A stretch of DNA of 64,000 nt from Rebecca billardiae RCC1528 (GCA_965240325.2 OZ251225.1:2108001-2172000); one strand, 5' to 3'; numbered from the stretch's first letter, positions 1 to 11,645 are shown. Translations and numbers: made by a program. Notes: generated by a model not told the origin, from the letters alone.

Positions 1-2208
1 TGGCGAGCTGGGCGGTGGTGGCGACGGTGGCGGCGATGGCGGCGGGGGCGGCGGCGGGCTCGGCGGCGGAGGGCTGGGCGGCGGGCTCGGCGGCGGCGAC
101 GGCGGTGGCGGCGGTGGCGAGCTGGGCGGTGGTGGCGACGGCGGCGGCGATGGCGGCGGGGGCGGCGGCGGAGACGGCGGTGGAGGGCTGGGCGGCGGGC
201 TCGGCGGCGGCGACGGCGGTGGTGGCGGTGGCGAGCTGGGCGGTGGTGGCGACGGCGGCGGCGATGGCGGCGGCGGCGGCGGCGGAGACGGCGGTGGAGG
301 GCTGGGCGGCGGGCTCGGCGGCGGCGACGGCGGTGGCGGCGGTGGCGAGCTGGGCGGTGGTGGCGATGGCGGCGGCGATGGCGGCGGCGGCGGCGGCGGG
401 CTCGGCGGCGGAGGGCTGGGCGGCGGGCTCGGCGGCGGCGACGGCGGTGGCGGCGGTGGCGAGCTGGGCGGTGGTGGCGATGGCGGCGGCGATGGCGGAG
501 GGGGCGGCGGCGGAGACGGCGGCGGCGGGCTGGGCGGCGGGCTCGGCGGCGGCGACGGCGGTGGCGGCGGTGGCGAGCTGGGCGGTGGTGGCGACGGCGG
601 CGGCGATGGCGGCGGGGGCGGTGGCGGAGACGGCGGCGGCGGGCTGGGCGGCGGGCTCGGCGGCGGCGACGGCGGTGGCGGCGGTGGCGAGCTGGGCGGT
701 GGTGGCGACGGCGGCGGCGATGGCGGCGGCGGCGGCGGCGGAGACGGCGGTGGAGGGCTGGGCGGCGGGCTCGGCGGCGGCGACGGCGGTGGCGGCGGTG
801 GCGAGCTGGGCGGTGGTGGCGATGGCGGCGGCGATGGCGGCGGGGGCGGCGGCGGGCTCGGCGGAGGCGGGCTGGGCGGCGGGCTCGGCGGCGGCGACGG
901 CGGTGGCGGCGGTGGCGAGCTGGGCGGTGGTGGCGATGGCGGCGGCGATGGCGGCGGCGGCGGCGGCGGGCTCGGCGGCGGAGGGCTGGGCGGCGGGCTC
1001 GGCGGCGGCGACGGCGGTGGCGGCGGTGGAGAGCTGGGCGGTGGTGGCGACGGCGGCGGCGATGGCGGCGGCGGCGGCGGCGGAGACGGCGGCGGCGGGC
1101 TGGGCGGCGGGCTCGGCGGCGGCGACGGCGGTGGTGGCGGTGGCGAGCTGGGCGGTGGTGGCGATGGCGGCGGCGATGGCGGCGGCGGCGGCGGCGGGCT
1201 CGGCGGTGGAGGGCTGGGCGGCGGGCTCGGCGGCGGCGACGGCGGTGGCGGCGGTGGCGAGCTGGGCGGTGGTGGCGATGGCGGCGGCGATGGCGGCGGC
1301 GGCGGCGGCGGGCTCGGCGGTGGAGGGCTGGGCGGCGGGCTCGGCGGCGGCGACGGCGGTGGCGGCGGTGGCGAGCTGGGCGGTGGTGGCGATGGCGGCG
1401 GCGATGGCGGCGGGGGCGGCGGCGGGCTCGGCGGTGGCGGGCTGGGCGGCGGGCTCGGCGGCGGCGACGGCGGTGGCGGCGGTGGCGAGCTGGGCGGTGG
1501 TGGCGATGGCGGCGGCGATGGCGGCGGGGGCGGCGGCGGAGACGGCGGCGGAGGGCTGGGCGGCGGGCTCGGCGGCGGCGACGGCGGTGGCGGCGGTGGC
1601 GAGCTGGGCGGTGGTGGCGATGGCGGCGGCGATGGCGGCGGGGGCGGCGGCGGGCTCGGCGGTGGAGGGCTGGGCGGCGGGCTCGGCGGCGGCGACGGCG
1701 GTGGCGGCGGTGGCGAGCTGGGCGGTGGTGGCGACGGCGGCGGCGATGGCGGCGGGGGCGGCGGCGGAGACGGCGGCGGAGGGCTGGGCGGCGGGCTCGG
1801 CGGCGGCGACGGCGGTGGCGGCGGTGGCGAGCTGGGCGGTGGTGGCGATGGCGGCGGCGATGGCGGCGGCGGCGGCGGCGGGCTCGGCGGCGGAGGGCTG
1901 GGCGGCGGGCTCGGCGGCGGCGACGGCGGTGGCGGCGGTGGCGAGCTGGGCGGTGGTGGCGATGGCGGCGGCGATGGCGGCGGGGGCGGCGGCGGAGACG
2001 GCGGCGGCGGGCTGGGCGGCGGGCTCGGCGGCGGCGACGGCGGTGGCGGCGGTGGCGAGCTGGGCGGTGGTGGCGATGGCGGCGGCGATGGCGGCGGCGG
2101 CGGCGGCGGGCTCGGCGGCGGAGGGCTGGGCGGCGGGCTCGGCGGCGGCGACGGCGGTGGTGGCGGTGGCGAGCTGGGCGGTGGTGGCGATGGCGGCGGC
2201 GATGGCGG

Positions 2209-2241
<33 letters not shown>

Positions 2242-5200
2242 GGGCGGCGGGCTCGGCGGCGGCGACGGCGGTGGCGGCGGTGGCGAGCTGGGCGGTGGTG
2301 GCGATGGCGGCGGCGATGGCGGCGGCGGCGGCGGCGGAGACGGCGGCGGCGGGCTGGGCGGCGGGCTCGGCGGCGGCGACGGCGGTGGCGGCGGTGGCGA
2401 GCTGGGCGGTGGTGGCGATGGCGGCGGCGATGGCGGCGGGGGCGGCGGCGGGCTCGGCGGCGGCGGGCTGGGCGGCGGGCTCGGCGGCGGCGACGGCGGT
2501 GGCGGCGGTGGCGAGCTGGGCGGTGGTGGCGATGGCGGCGGCGATGGCGGCGGGGGCGGCGGCGGGCTCGGCGGCGGCGGGCTGGGCGGCGGGCTCGGCG
2601 GCGGCGACGGCGGTGGCGGCGGTGGCGAGCTGGGCGGTGGTGGCGATGGCGGCGGCGATGGCGGCGGCGGCGGCGGCGGAGACGGCGGCGGCGGGCTGGG
2701 CGGCGGGCTCGGCGGCGGCGACGGCGGTGGCGGCGGTGGCGAGCTGGGCGGTGGTGGCGATGGCGGCGGCGATGGCGGCGGCGGCGGCGGCGGGCTCGGC
2801 GGTGGCGGGCTGGGCGGCGGGCTCGGCGGCGGCGACGGCGGTGGCGGCGGTGGCGAGCTGGGCGGTGGTGGCGATGGCGGCGGCGATGGCGGCGGCGGCG
2901 GCGGCGGAGACGGCGGTGGAGGGCTGGGCGGCGGGCTCGGCGGCGGCGACGGCGGTGGTGGCGGTGGCGAGCTGGGCGGTGGTGGCGATGGCGGCGGCGA
3001 TGGCGGCGGCGGCGGCGGCGGGCTCGGCGGTGGAGGGCTGGGCGGCGGGCTCGGCGGCGGCGACGGCGGTGGCGGCGGTGGCGAGCTGGGCGGTGGTGGC
3101 GATGGCGGCGGCGATGGCGGCGGGGGCGGCGGCGGAGACGGCGGCGGCGGGCTGGGCGGCGGGCTCGGCGGCGGCGACGGCGGTGGCGGCGGTGGCGAGC
3201 TGGGCGGTGGTGGCGATGGCGGCGGCGATGGCGGCGGGGGCGGCGGCGGGCTCGGCGGCGGCGGGCTGGGCGGCGGGCTCGGCGGCGGCGACGGCGGTGG
3301 CGGCGGTGGCGAGCTGGGCGGTGGTGGCGATGGCGGCGGCGATGGCGGCGGCGGCGGCGGCGGAGACGGCGGCGGCGGGCTGGGCGGCGGGCTCGGCGGC
3401 GGCGACGGCGGTGGCGGCGGTGGCGAGCTGGGCGGTGGTGGCGACGGCGGCGGCGATGGCGGCGGGGGCGGCGGCGGAGACGGCGGCGGCGGGCTGGGCG
3501 GCGGGCTCGGCGGCGGCGACGGCGGTGGCGGCGGTGGCGAGCTGGGCGGTGGTGGCGATGGCGGCGGCGATGGCGGCGGCGGCGGCGGCGGGACCGGCGG
3601 TGGAGGGCTGGGCGGCGGGCTCGGCGGCGGCGACGGCGGTGGCGGCGGTGGCGAGCTGGGCGGTGGTGGCGATGGCGGCGGCGATGGCGGCGGCGGCGGC
3701 GGCGGGCTCGGCGGTGGCGGGCTGGGCGGCGGGCTCGGCGGCGGCGACGGCGGTGGCGGCGGTGGCGAGCTGGGTGGTGGTGGCGATGGCGGCGGCGATG
3801 GCGGCGGCGGCGGCGGCGGGACCGGCGGTGGAGGGCTGGGCGGCGGGCTCGGCGGCGGCGACGGCGGTGGCGGCGGTGGCGAGCTGGGCGGTGGTGGCGA
3901 TGGCGGCGGCGATGGCGGCGGCGGCGGCGGCGGGCTCGGCGGTGGCGGGCTGGGCGGCGGGCTCGGCGGCGGCGACGGCGGTGGCGGCGGTGGCGAGCTG
4001 GGCGGTGGTGGCGATGGCGGCGGCGATGGCGGCGGCGGCGGCGGCGGGCTCGGCGGTGGAGGGCTGGGCGGCGGGCTCGGCGGCGGCGACGGCGGTGGCG
4101 GCGGTGGCGAGCTGGGCGGTGGTGGCGATGGCGGCGGCGATGGCGGCGGGGGCGGCGGCGGGCTCGGCGGTGGCGGGCTGGGCGGCGGGCTCGGCGGCGG
4201 CGACGGCGGTGGCGGCGGTGGCGAGCTGGGCGGTGGTGGCGATGGCGGCGGCGATGGCGGCGGCGGCGGCGGCGGAGACGGCGGCGGCGGGCTGGGCGGC
4301 GGGCTCGGCGGCGGCGACGGCGGTGGCGGCGGTGGCGAGCTGGGCGGTGGTGGCGACGGCGGCGGCGATGGCGGCGGGGGCGGCGGCGGAGACGGCGGCG
4401 GCGGGCTGGGCGGCGGGCTCGGCGGCGGCGACGGCGGTGGCGGCGGTGGCGAGCTGGGCGGTGGTGGCGATGGCGGCGGCGATGGCGGCGGCGGCGGCGG
4501 CGGAGACGGCGGCGGAGGGCTGGGCGGCGGGCTCGGCGGCGGCGACGGCGGTGGTGGCGGTGGCGAGCTGAGCGGTGGTGGCGATGGCGGCGGCGATGGC
4601 GGCGGCGGCGGCGGCGGGCTCGGCGGTGGAGGGCTGGGCGGCGGGCTCGGCGGCGGCGACGGCGGTGGCGGCGGTGGCGAGCTGGGCGGTGGTGGCGACG
4701 GCGGCGGCGATGGCGGCGGGGGCGGCGGCGGAGACGGCGGCGGCGGGCTGGGCGGCGGGCTCGGCGGCGGCGACGGCGGTGGCGGCGGTGGCGAGCTGGG
4801 CGGTGGTGGCGATGGCGGCGGCGATGGCGGCGGCGGCGGCGGCGGAGACGGCGGCGGAGGGCTGGGCGGCGGGCTCGGCGGCGGCGACGGCGGTGGTGGC
4901 GGTGGCGAGCTGAGCGGTGGTGGCGATGGCGGCGGCGATGGCGGCGGCGGCGGCGGCGGGCTCGGCGGTGGAGGGCTGGGCGGCGGGCTCGGCGGCGGCG
5001 ACGGCGGTGGCGGCGGTGGCGAGCTGGGCGGTGGTGGCGACGGCGGCGGCGATGGCGGCGGGGGCGGCGGCGGAGACGGCGGCGGCGGGCTGGGCGGCGG
5101 GCTCGGCGGCGGCGACGGCGGTGGCGGCGGTGGCGAGCTGGGCGGTGGTGGCGACGGCGGCGGCGATGGGGGCGGGGGCGGCGGCGGAGACGGCGGCGGC

Positions 5201-5530
5201 GGGCTGGGCGGCGGGCTCGGCGGGGGCGACGGCGGTGGCGGCGGTGGCGAGCTGGGCGGTGGTGGCGACGGCGGCGGCGATGGCGGCGGAGGCGGCGGCG
5301 GGCTCGGCGGCGGCGGGCTGGGCGGCGGGCTCGGCGGCGGCGACGGCGGTGGCGGCGGTGGCGAGCTGGGCGGTGGTGGCGATGGCGGCGGCGCTGGCGG
5401 CGGAGGCGGCGGCGGGCTTGGCGGTGGCGGGCTGGGCGGCGGGCTCGGCGGCGGCGACGGCGGTGGCGGCGGTGGCGAGCTGGGCGGCGGCGGTGTCGGC
5501 GGCGGTGACGGTGGTGGCGGCGGCGGCGGG
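1..5530. repeat. 114-bp tandem repeat, ~48 copies, encoding SSP6-SP3-SP3-SP4-SP7-SP3-SP4 (38 aa) on the minus strand
   Basis: GAGCTGGG recurs at 5, 119, etc. (period 114), and the printed lines repeat every 1140 bp. Confidence 0.95.
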
Positions 5531-5844
5531 CACGCGCGCTCAAACGTCAGTGTCTCCATCTCCGCGTGGGACGACCCCTTGAGATCGACGGGCGTGCTGC
5601 AGCATTTGCACCAGCCGGTGCTCGCGCGGTAGGAGATGGTCATCGAAGCGCACTCGTCCAGCCATGCTTGCGCGCACGACTCGGCAGACGGTTCGTTCTT
5701 GTTCTGAACCTGGAACTGTGTGCACTGCCAGCCTGGGTTGCGGGCGGGGTCGTATGGCGAGAGCGCGACTTGCGTGCACGTCTGCGACACCACAGGGCTG
5801 ATCCACGCCAGCAGCATCAGCGCGAGCGGCTCGCGACGCCCCAT
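1..5844 (-). CDS. Giant secreted extensin-like Ser/Pro-repeat protein: signal peptide, small Cys-rich domain, then >1800 aa of Ser/Pro repeats; 3' end lies outside the window
   Basis: Translated by hand from ATG at 5844: MGRREPLALMLLAWISPVVSQTCTQVALSPYDPARNPGWQCTQFQVQNKNEPSAESCAQAWLDECASMTISYRASTGWCKCCSTP...ERACPPPPPPPS. The frame (1948 codons) is still in register at position 1 (PSSP). Repeat variants swap Ser codons AGC/TCT, which is synonymous in this frame. It is absent from the ORF track because there is no stop in the window. Confidence 0.85.
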
Positions 5845-6053
5845 GGTCGTGGGAGCGGGTCACGATGCACCCGGCGGCGGAAGCCAAACCGATTATCTGC
5901 CAAGCGCAAGTTGCCAGTTGCCCGTGGCCAGATCGAGACAGGCGAAGGGAGATAGATTTTGGCGCGGAGGAGCTCTGGATCTCCAGACATCTCCAGACCG
6001 TCCTGGCGAGGGAGTCATGATTGTGGAGAGCGCTCGACTTTTGGACCGTTGTC

Positions 6054-6913
6054 AGGGCTGGAGGCTTCGGCCGCCAGTCTGTCCTAAGATCACCCGGAGC
6101 CCGTTATAAAGGGGAATTTAAACTAAAGCCCATCGGCACGCTTGAGGGCCAGGTGGGCCCATACGAGGCGCGGCTCGACACCTTCCCCGCGATCGTCCCG
6201 ATTGTCGTGGGGGCGTTCGGCGAGTGGAGCGCGGAGGTGGACCTCACCCTCAAGAAGATCGCCAAGATGGGGCGGGACACGTGGCGCGCGCGCCTCAGCG
6301 CGCCCTCGCGCCCCGCCGCCGAGCGCGCGCTGCTCGGCACCATGCGGCGCGAGCTGGGCATGCGCTGCCTGCGTGGCCAGGCCAAGATGCTCATCGCCCG
6401 CGCGCGCATGGCGCACGTGCGCCCGGGGGCACGCGCCCGCGGGGGCACTGCGTACGACGACTGCTTCGAGACGACGGCTGACGACGCGTGGCACCGCGAC
6501 CACCGCGGTGGCGCGCGCGCGTCGACGCCAGACGGTGCGTCGAGCTTCCGCTCGGCGATGGAGTGATGGGCGACTACGAGGGGGGGGGGACGACGGCGAG
6601 GAGCGCTGATCCTGGTGTTTGTCTCTGCTGCTCGATCTGCCGCTACAGCTTGCTGACTCTTCGGACGCCTGCCCGTTGCATACCACGTCGTTAATAAATA
6701 AAGCAGGGGGAAAACGTCGTCGGCGCCATAACAGCATAGATATACTTTACATCATTTATCCTGGCAAGCGACCATAGTAAAAAGTACTTAGCGAACCGAA
6801 TGAATAAATGATCGGTGCGCGGGTGGGTTCTCTTTAACTTGACATGAGTGGTTAAAATTCCCCTTTATAACGGGCTCCGGGTGATCAGACTGGCGGCCGA
6901 AGCCTCCAGCCCT
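6054..6913. repeat. ~65-bp inverted repeat pair (6054-6123 / 6851-6913) enclosing ~730 bp
   Basis: AGGGCTGGAGGCTTCGGCCGCCAGTCT(gtcctaa)GATCACCCGGAGCCCGTTATAAAGGGGAATTT matches its reverse complement at 6851-6913 apart from one 7-nt indel. No TSD is seen. Confidence 0.85.
6129..6702 (+). mobile_element. 5'-truncated non-LTR retrotransposon 3' end (RLE-type, CRE/R2-like C-terminus plus 3' tail)
   Basis: PIVVGAFGEWS...LKKIAKMG...RRELGMRCLRGQAKMLIAR resembles the C-terminal segment of restriction-like-endonuclease retroelements. Stop at 6566, followed by an A-rich TAATAAATAAA tail at ~6692-6702. Confidence 0.55.
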
Positions 6914-8155
6914 ACCCTGGCCAGCCCCCAACCAACCACTACCCTCACCCAACCTCAAACCACTGACCGATACACCAAGTGCCTTGACACCACTCCGCTG
7001 TGGACAGCCCGCCTCCAGAGGGGGCGGGGGTATGCCATTGCCGACAGCATACAAGCCCAACACTGTGGGGTGGTCCCAGGTACCAGCAGTGCACTGCCTT
7101 GCAATTCGAGATCATCGAGTTTGAGCCGAGTCGGCAGACTGGGCACCCCCTAGGGTGCCCCAGTGTGGGCGGAGGGCCAGCCACTAGCCGATCCCTGCGC
7201 GGGGGAGGGGACGGAGGGGGCTGTCAGCGAGCCCAGTAGCTGGGCCGGGGTCTGGGCCACTGGTCCTGGCAGTGAGGCGCCTGTATTTCACTCGTGCTGC
7301 TATGGAGGCAGATGGTGGCGTGTCAGACATGTGTGCGATATCGGGCATCAAGTCAGGGCGTGAGGGCGTGGGCCGCTGTAGGAGGCAAGCAGAGTGGCGG
7401 CGATGGCTAATACGCCTGGGGAGGAGTCGTTTGCGCGCCTCTTTCTGCTGCTCTTTGCAGGGGGTTGCATACTTCGCTGCGCAGGCTGAGCCTGCCTGCC
7501 AGTTGGTGTTAGGATAGGCACATTTGCCTGGCGGGGTGGGCAGTGTCGTTTGGGCGGGGGGCTGTCTTGCTGAGCTTGACTAGGAGGAGGCAGCCTGCGC
7601 CTGGGGGCTGCCAGTGTCTTGGCAGAGCCAGCAGGTGGCTGTGTGGCCTGCTGTCCAGTGTCTGATTGTGTAATGCCGTTGTGAGCTCCGTGACCAGTGT
7701 GACTGCCCGCAGCAGGGTCTGCCTCAATCTCAGGGCCCCCATGTGTCAACACATTGTCCGACGGACGCACATCGCGGCGAGCCAGTGGGGTAACATATTG
7801 GAGCGGCCATGCCACAAGAGGTGTGGCAGGCTGCAGAGGCCACGCAATCACCATAGGGAGGGGGCGAGCACGCTATAGGGGCCATGCCCGCAAGAGTAGC
7901 TGAGGGCGCACGTGGTGACCGCGCGCTATTGGCTGGTGCAGGTTGGCCTGCCCCGCGCCTGCCTGCCAGCCCTGGCCAGCCTGGCCCTGCTTCTTCCACC
8001 CGTCCCAGAAAGCCTCTGAGCCCGTCTTCGGCTCAGCGGGCTCAAAAAACTCGCTGCGAGTTTTTTGAGCTCAGTGACTATGAAATGGACTGGCAACGAA
8101 TAGCTGCGGGTATTTTTCAATACCAGGGGCCTTGATGTAGGGGGCTGGGACGGGT
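6914..8155. other. CpG-depleted, TpG/CpA-rich island, probably a degraded repeat or TE
   Basis: GC-rich but visibly poor in CG compared with flanking genes. No credible ORF. Contains hairpins at 7141-7160 and 8040-8070. Confidence 0.5.
8040..8070. repeat. Perfect 15-bp-arm palindrome GCTCAAAAAACTCGC-T-GCGAGTTTTTTGAGC
   Basis: Read directly from the sequence. Confidence 0.9.
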
Positions 8156-8434
8156 GGCAGGTCCCAGTCAGAGTCGGTGACGATGACGGTCTTGAGCAGC
8201 GAGGTGGGCGAGCCCTTGCCGGCCGTGAGTGGAGGGGCGCCTGTCGACATGAGCGGAACAGGGGCGTGAACCGGGTGAAGTCGAGCGTGCTGAAGAACCA
8301 CTGCCGGTGGCGTCGGCCGTGGCCGGTGCCGTCTCGGAATCGGCGGCCCGATGCCGGCGCTCGCTCAAACGTAAGCTGGCAGTGATGACTGATGGCCGCC
8401 GGGAGAGCACCATGACGAGCCACGCTTCACGGCT

Positions 8435-9916
8435 TCATCGGCCTGCAGCGTCGCGGGCCGGGACCCTCCTGGCCATCACCACAGGTATGTCCTGTGGTTG
8501 CTGCCGTTGTGCTGCCCCCGCCGCCATCGATGATGATGGTAGTCCTGGCGCAGCGGTAGTGTTGATGCTTGCCGGTAGTCCCTGGTCGCAGTTGCCAGGG
8601 GCAGCCCGGATTGCGTCACCTGCATTGCCACGCTGACGCCGCTCGTCCAGGGCAAAGGCACCAGCATCGACCACCCCGTCGTCAACCGAATGGATCGTGC
8701 CATCTGGCAAGCGCCAGCGGACGATGGTGACTGCGACGAGCGGCGGCGGTGCGGGCAGCTGCGGCGCGGCGTCCGAAACAGCCGCAATGCTGCCGCTGAG
8801 TTTGTGCCGTCGCTTTGCGGCGCGCGTGCCCTGGTCGCCGGTGCCATGCTCCAGCCTGCGCTTGGGGACGGCGAGCCGACTGAACACCATGCCGGCCAGC
8901 TTGTGCGTAGCGCACCGGCTGGCGCGCGTGTCGCCCGGCATGCCGAAGTTTGGCTGCTTGGTGCAGCCTGCGTGATCACACTTGGGGTTCTTCACGTCGA
9001 CCATGCCAGCCAGCTTGTGCGTAGCGCACCGGCTCGCGCGCGCGTCGCCCGGCATGCCGAAGTAAGGCTGCTTGGTGCAGCCGGCGTGATCACACTTGGG
9101 GCTCCTCACGTCGACCATGCCAGCCAGCTTGTGCGTAGCGCACCGGCTCGCGCGCGCGTCGCCCGACATGCCGAAGTAAGGCTGCTTGGTGCAGCCGGCG
9201 TGACCACACTTGCGGCTGCTCACGTCGACCATGCCGGCCAGCTTGTGCGTAGCGCAGCGGCTGGCGCGCGCGTCACCCGGCATGCCGAAGTAAGGCCGCT
9301 TGGTGCAGCCCGCGTGATCACACTTGGGGTTTATCACGTCAACCATGCCGGCCAGCTTGTGCGCAGCGCACCGGCTGGCGCGCGCGTCGCCCGGCATGCC
9401 GAAGTTAGGCCGCGTGGTGCAGCCGGTGTGACCACACTTGCGGCTCCTCACGTCGACCATGCCGGCCAGCTTGTGCGCAGCGCACCGACTGGCGCGCGCG
9501 TCGCCCGGCATGCCAAAGTTAGGCTGCATGGTGCAGCCGGTGTGACCACACTTGGGGTGGCTCACGTCGACCATGCCGGCCAGCTTGTGAGTAGCGCACC
9601 GGCTGGCGCACGCGTCGCCCGGCATGCCGAACGAAGGCACCTTGGTGCAGCCCGCGTGATCACACTTGCGGCTGCTCACGTCGACCATGCCGGCCAGCTT
9701 GTGCGTAGCGCACCGGCTGGCGCGCGCGTCGCCCGGCATGCCAAAGTGAGGCCGCTTGGTGCAGCCCGCGTGATCACACCTGGGGTTTATCACGTCAACC
9801 ATGCCGGCCAGCTTGTGCGCAGCGCACCGGCTGGCGCGCGCGTCGCCCGGCATGCCGAAGTTAGGCCGCGTGGTGCAGCCGGTGTGACCACACTTGCGGC
9901 TGCTCACGTCGACCAT
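8435..9916 (-). CDS. EsV-1-7-type cysteine-rich repeat protein, copy 1 (9 x 38-aa repeats plus basic C-terminal tail)
   Basis: Repeats MVDVxxxKCxHxGCTxxPxFGMPGDARASRCAxHKLAG (C-x4-C-x16-C-x2-H). First ATG at 9916, with the frame open upstream to 10021. Tail has PKRR and AKRRHK. Confidence 0.8.
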   Translation of the reverse strand: MVDVSSRKCGHTGCTTRPNFGMPGDARASRCAAHKLAGMVDVINPRCDHAGCTKRPHFGMPGDARASRCATHKLAGMVDVSSRKCDHAGCTKVPSFGMPGDACASRCATHKLAGMVDVSHPKCGHTGCTMQPNFGMPGDARASRCAAHKLAGMVDVRSRKCGHTGCTTRPNFGMPGDARASRCAAHKLAGMVDVINPKCDHAGCTKRPYFGMPGDARASRCATHKLAGMVDVSSRKCGHAGCTKQPYFGMSGDARASRCATHKLAGMVDVRSPKCDHAGCTKQPYFGMPGDARASRCATHKLAGMVDVKNPKCDHAGCTKQPNFGMPGDTRASRCATHKLAGMVFSRLAVPKRRLEHGTGDQGTRAAKRRHKLSGSIAAVSDAAPQLPAPPPLVAVTIVRWRLPDGTIHSVDDGVVDAGAFALDERRQRGNAGDAIRAAPGNCDQGLPASINTTAAPGLPSSSMAAGAAQRQQPQDIPVVMARRVPARDAAGR

Positions 9917-10085
9917 GCCGGCCAGCTTGTGCGCAGCGCACCGGCTGGCGTTGTGCGTCGCCGAGCCAAGGGTGTCCAGGGTCTCGCACTGCGCAGCGCG
10001 GCAACTCGGCAAGCTCGGCACTTGTCAGCTCGCCGGCGGCCGGCCAGGATGGCTGCCGTCCCGCAACAATGACGGTGATGGAGCG

Positions 10086-10975
10086 ATGACGGGGCGCGAC
10101 GACGAGGCCGCAGCCGTGGAGTACGCGTGCGGCGACGGCGGGCTCTTTCCGCGCGAGTGTGCGGAGGACTTTGCCGAGTTTGCGCCCAAGCTCGACGGCG
10201 TGCGCGCCTCTCGTGAGCGTGCCAGCGCAGCCGCAGCGACGGCCGCGCCGGGGCCGGGGCCGACGGCGCGTCCGGCCGCGCCGGCGCCGGCCGCGCCGGC
10301 GCGCGCGGGCACCGGCCCCGGTCCCGCCAGCGCGAGCATCGCTGAGCGAGTCGCCGCGCTCGGCCTTCCCGCGACGTACGCGCCGCGCTACCGCGTCAAC
10401 TTTGCGCTCGCACCCGAGCCGAAGCGGCCGGCGGCCGCGCGGTCTGAGTGAGGCGGCGGCCGCGGCCGCGCGCGAGACGGCGCTGCTGTACGAGGACTTT
10501 GCGCAGCGCGCGGGCCTGGAGTCGCTGCGCGCGCTGCGCGCCTCGCGCCTCGCCCTGCCCGTCTCCGCCGCCGAGCCCGCCATCCTCTCCGCGGTGCGCG
10601 ACCACCAAATAGTTATTGCGCAGGCGGAGACGTGCTCTGGGAAATCGACGCAGGTGCCGCAGATGCTGCTGCGGGCGGGGTACCGCCACGTGGTGGTGAC
10701 GCAGCCGCGCCGGCTCGCGGCGATCTCGCTCGCGCGGCGCGTCGGCGCCGAGGCCCTCCGCGAGCCGCGCGGCTCCGTCGGCCACGTCGTCCGCTTCGAC
10801 TCGACCGCCGGGCCGCGCGCCGCCCTGTGCTTCGTCACTGAGGGGATCCTCCTGCGCGAGGCGGTGGCGGACCCGGCGCTGCGGCGGCACGAGGTGGTGG
10901 TGCTCGACAAGGTGCACGAGCGGCACGTCGCGACCGACCTGCTCCTCGCGGTCTGCCGCCAGATGCTCGCCCACG
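10086..10975 (+). pseudogene. DHX34-like DEAH helicase 5' fragment, copy 1 (frameshifted, truncated after motif II)
   Basis: LPATYAPRYRVNF resembles the DHX34 N-terminal motif. Also AETCSGKSTQVPQ, TQPRRLAA, and DKVHER in place of DEVHER. Frameshift/stop at ~10450; no RecA2 domain. Confidence 0.8.
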
Positions 10976-11547
10976 CCGGCAGGTGCAGCCGTGCTGCGAC
11001 TGCAGTAGCCTACCGGGTACTGCTACCGCAGTACGATGCGGGTGGCCCCTGACCGATGATAATCGTCAACACGGCGATGGTCAATGCCAGGCATCACGGC
11101 TCTGCTGCAGCCATCATCACGTACTGCTGCATCTCAGCAGATGATATGCGCGCGCATGACGATATATATGCACGATTCCGCGCAAAAGTCTATTATGAGC
11201 TGAGCGACTACTACTCATTCTGTCGGCTATCTATCATTTACAGTGGCGGCAGCTATTGACGAAGCCTACTGTATAAGTACTAGTCGTGTTCGTGTAGATG
11301 ACGTCTGTAGTATCGTAGCTACTCAAGCTATAGTCGTGAGTGATCGTGATAGATTCGTGACGACCGCGATAACTCTAGTATTAAGTAGTTTTCGATCGTG
11401 CTCGTACTATCAGCGTTAAACCGGGCCACTCGTCTACTATATATTCAGTATTCTCTAATAATATTATAACCATCACTCATCAGGCATCACTCGGTCTCGT
11501 TGCTGCCCGTAAATCAGTATATATATAGTGACGAATATCCCACGCTA

Positions 11548-11645
11548 CTGTGTTTTGTGGCCGGGTAATCTTTGTGCAGTCGTGTTGGATGGCGTCAATC
11601 ATCACGCCTTAACCAAGTGTGCACATTAAAACATAGTAAACTGTA
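11548..11645 (+). mobile_element. 3' fragment of a dispersed SINE-like repeat (same family as 60381-60638 and 53002-53165)
   Basis: TCTTTGTGCAGT..GTTGGATGGCGTCAATC..ACGCCTTAACCAAGTGTGCAC..TTAAAACATAGTAAACTGTA matches the reverse complement of 60382-60470. Confidence 0.7.

Noticed and set aside
15-5582. 1518-aa Ala-rich + strand ORF and its continuations
   Set aside because: Antisense shadow of the Ser/Pro gene. It is interrupted by TGA at 4571 and 4913, and repeat variants are synonymous in the minus frame rather than this one.
8891-9916. CRISPR-like appearance (constant blocks alternating with variable ones)
   Set aside because: The variable parts are only a few codons within an in-frame protein repeat; there are no unique spacers or cas genes, and the context is eukaryotic.
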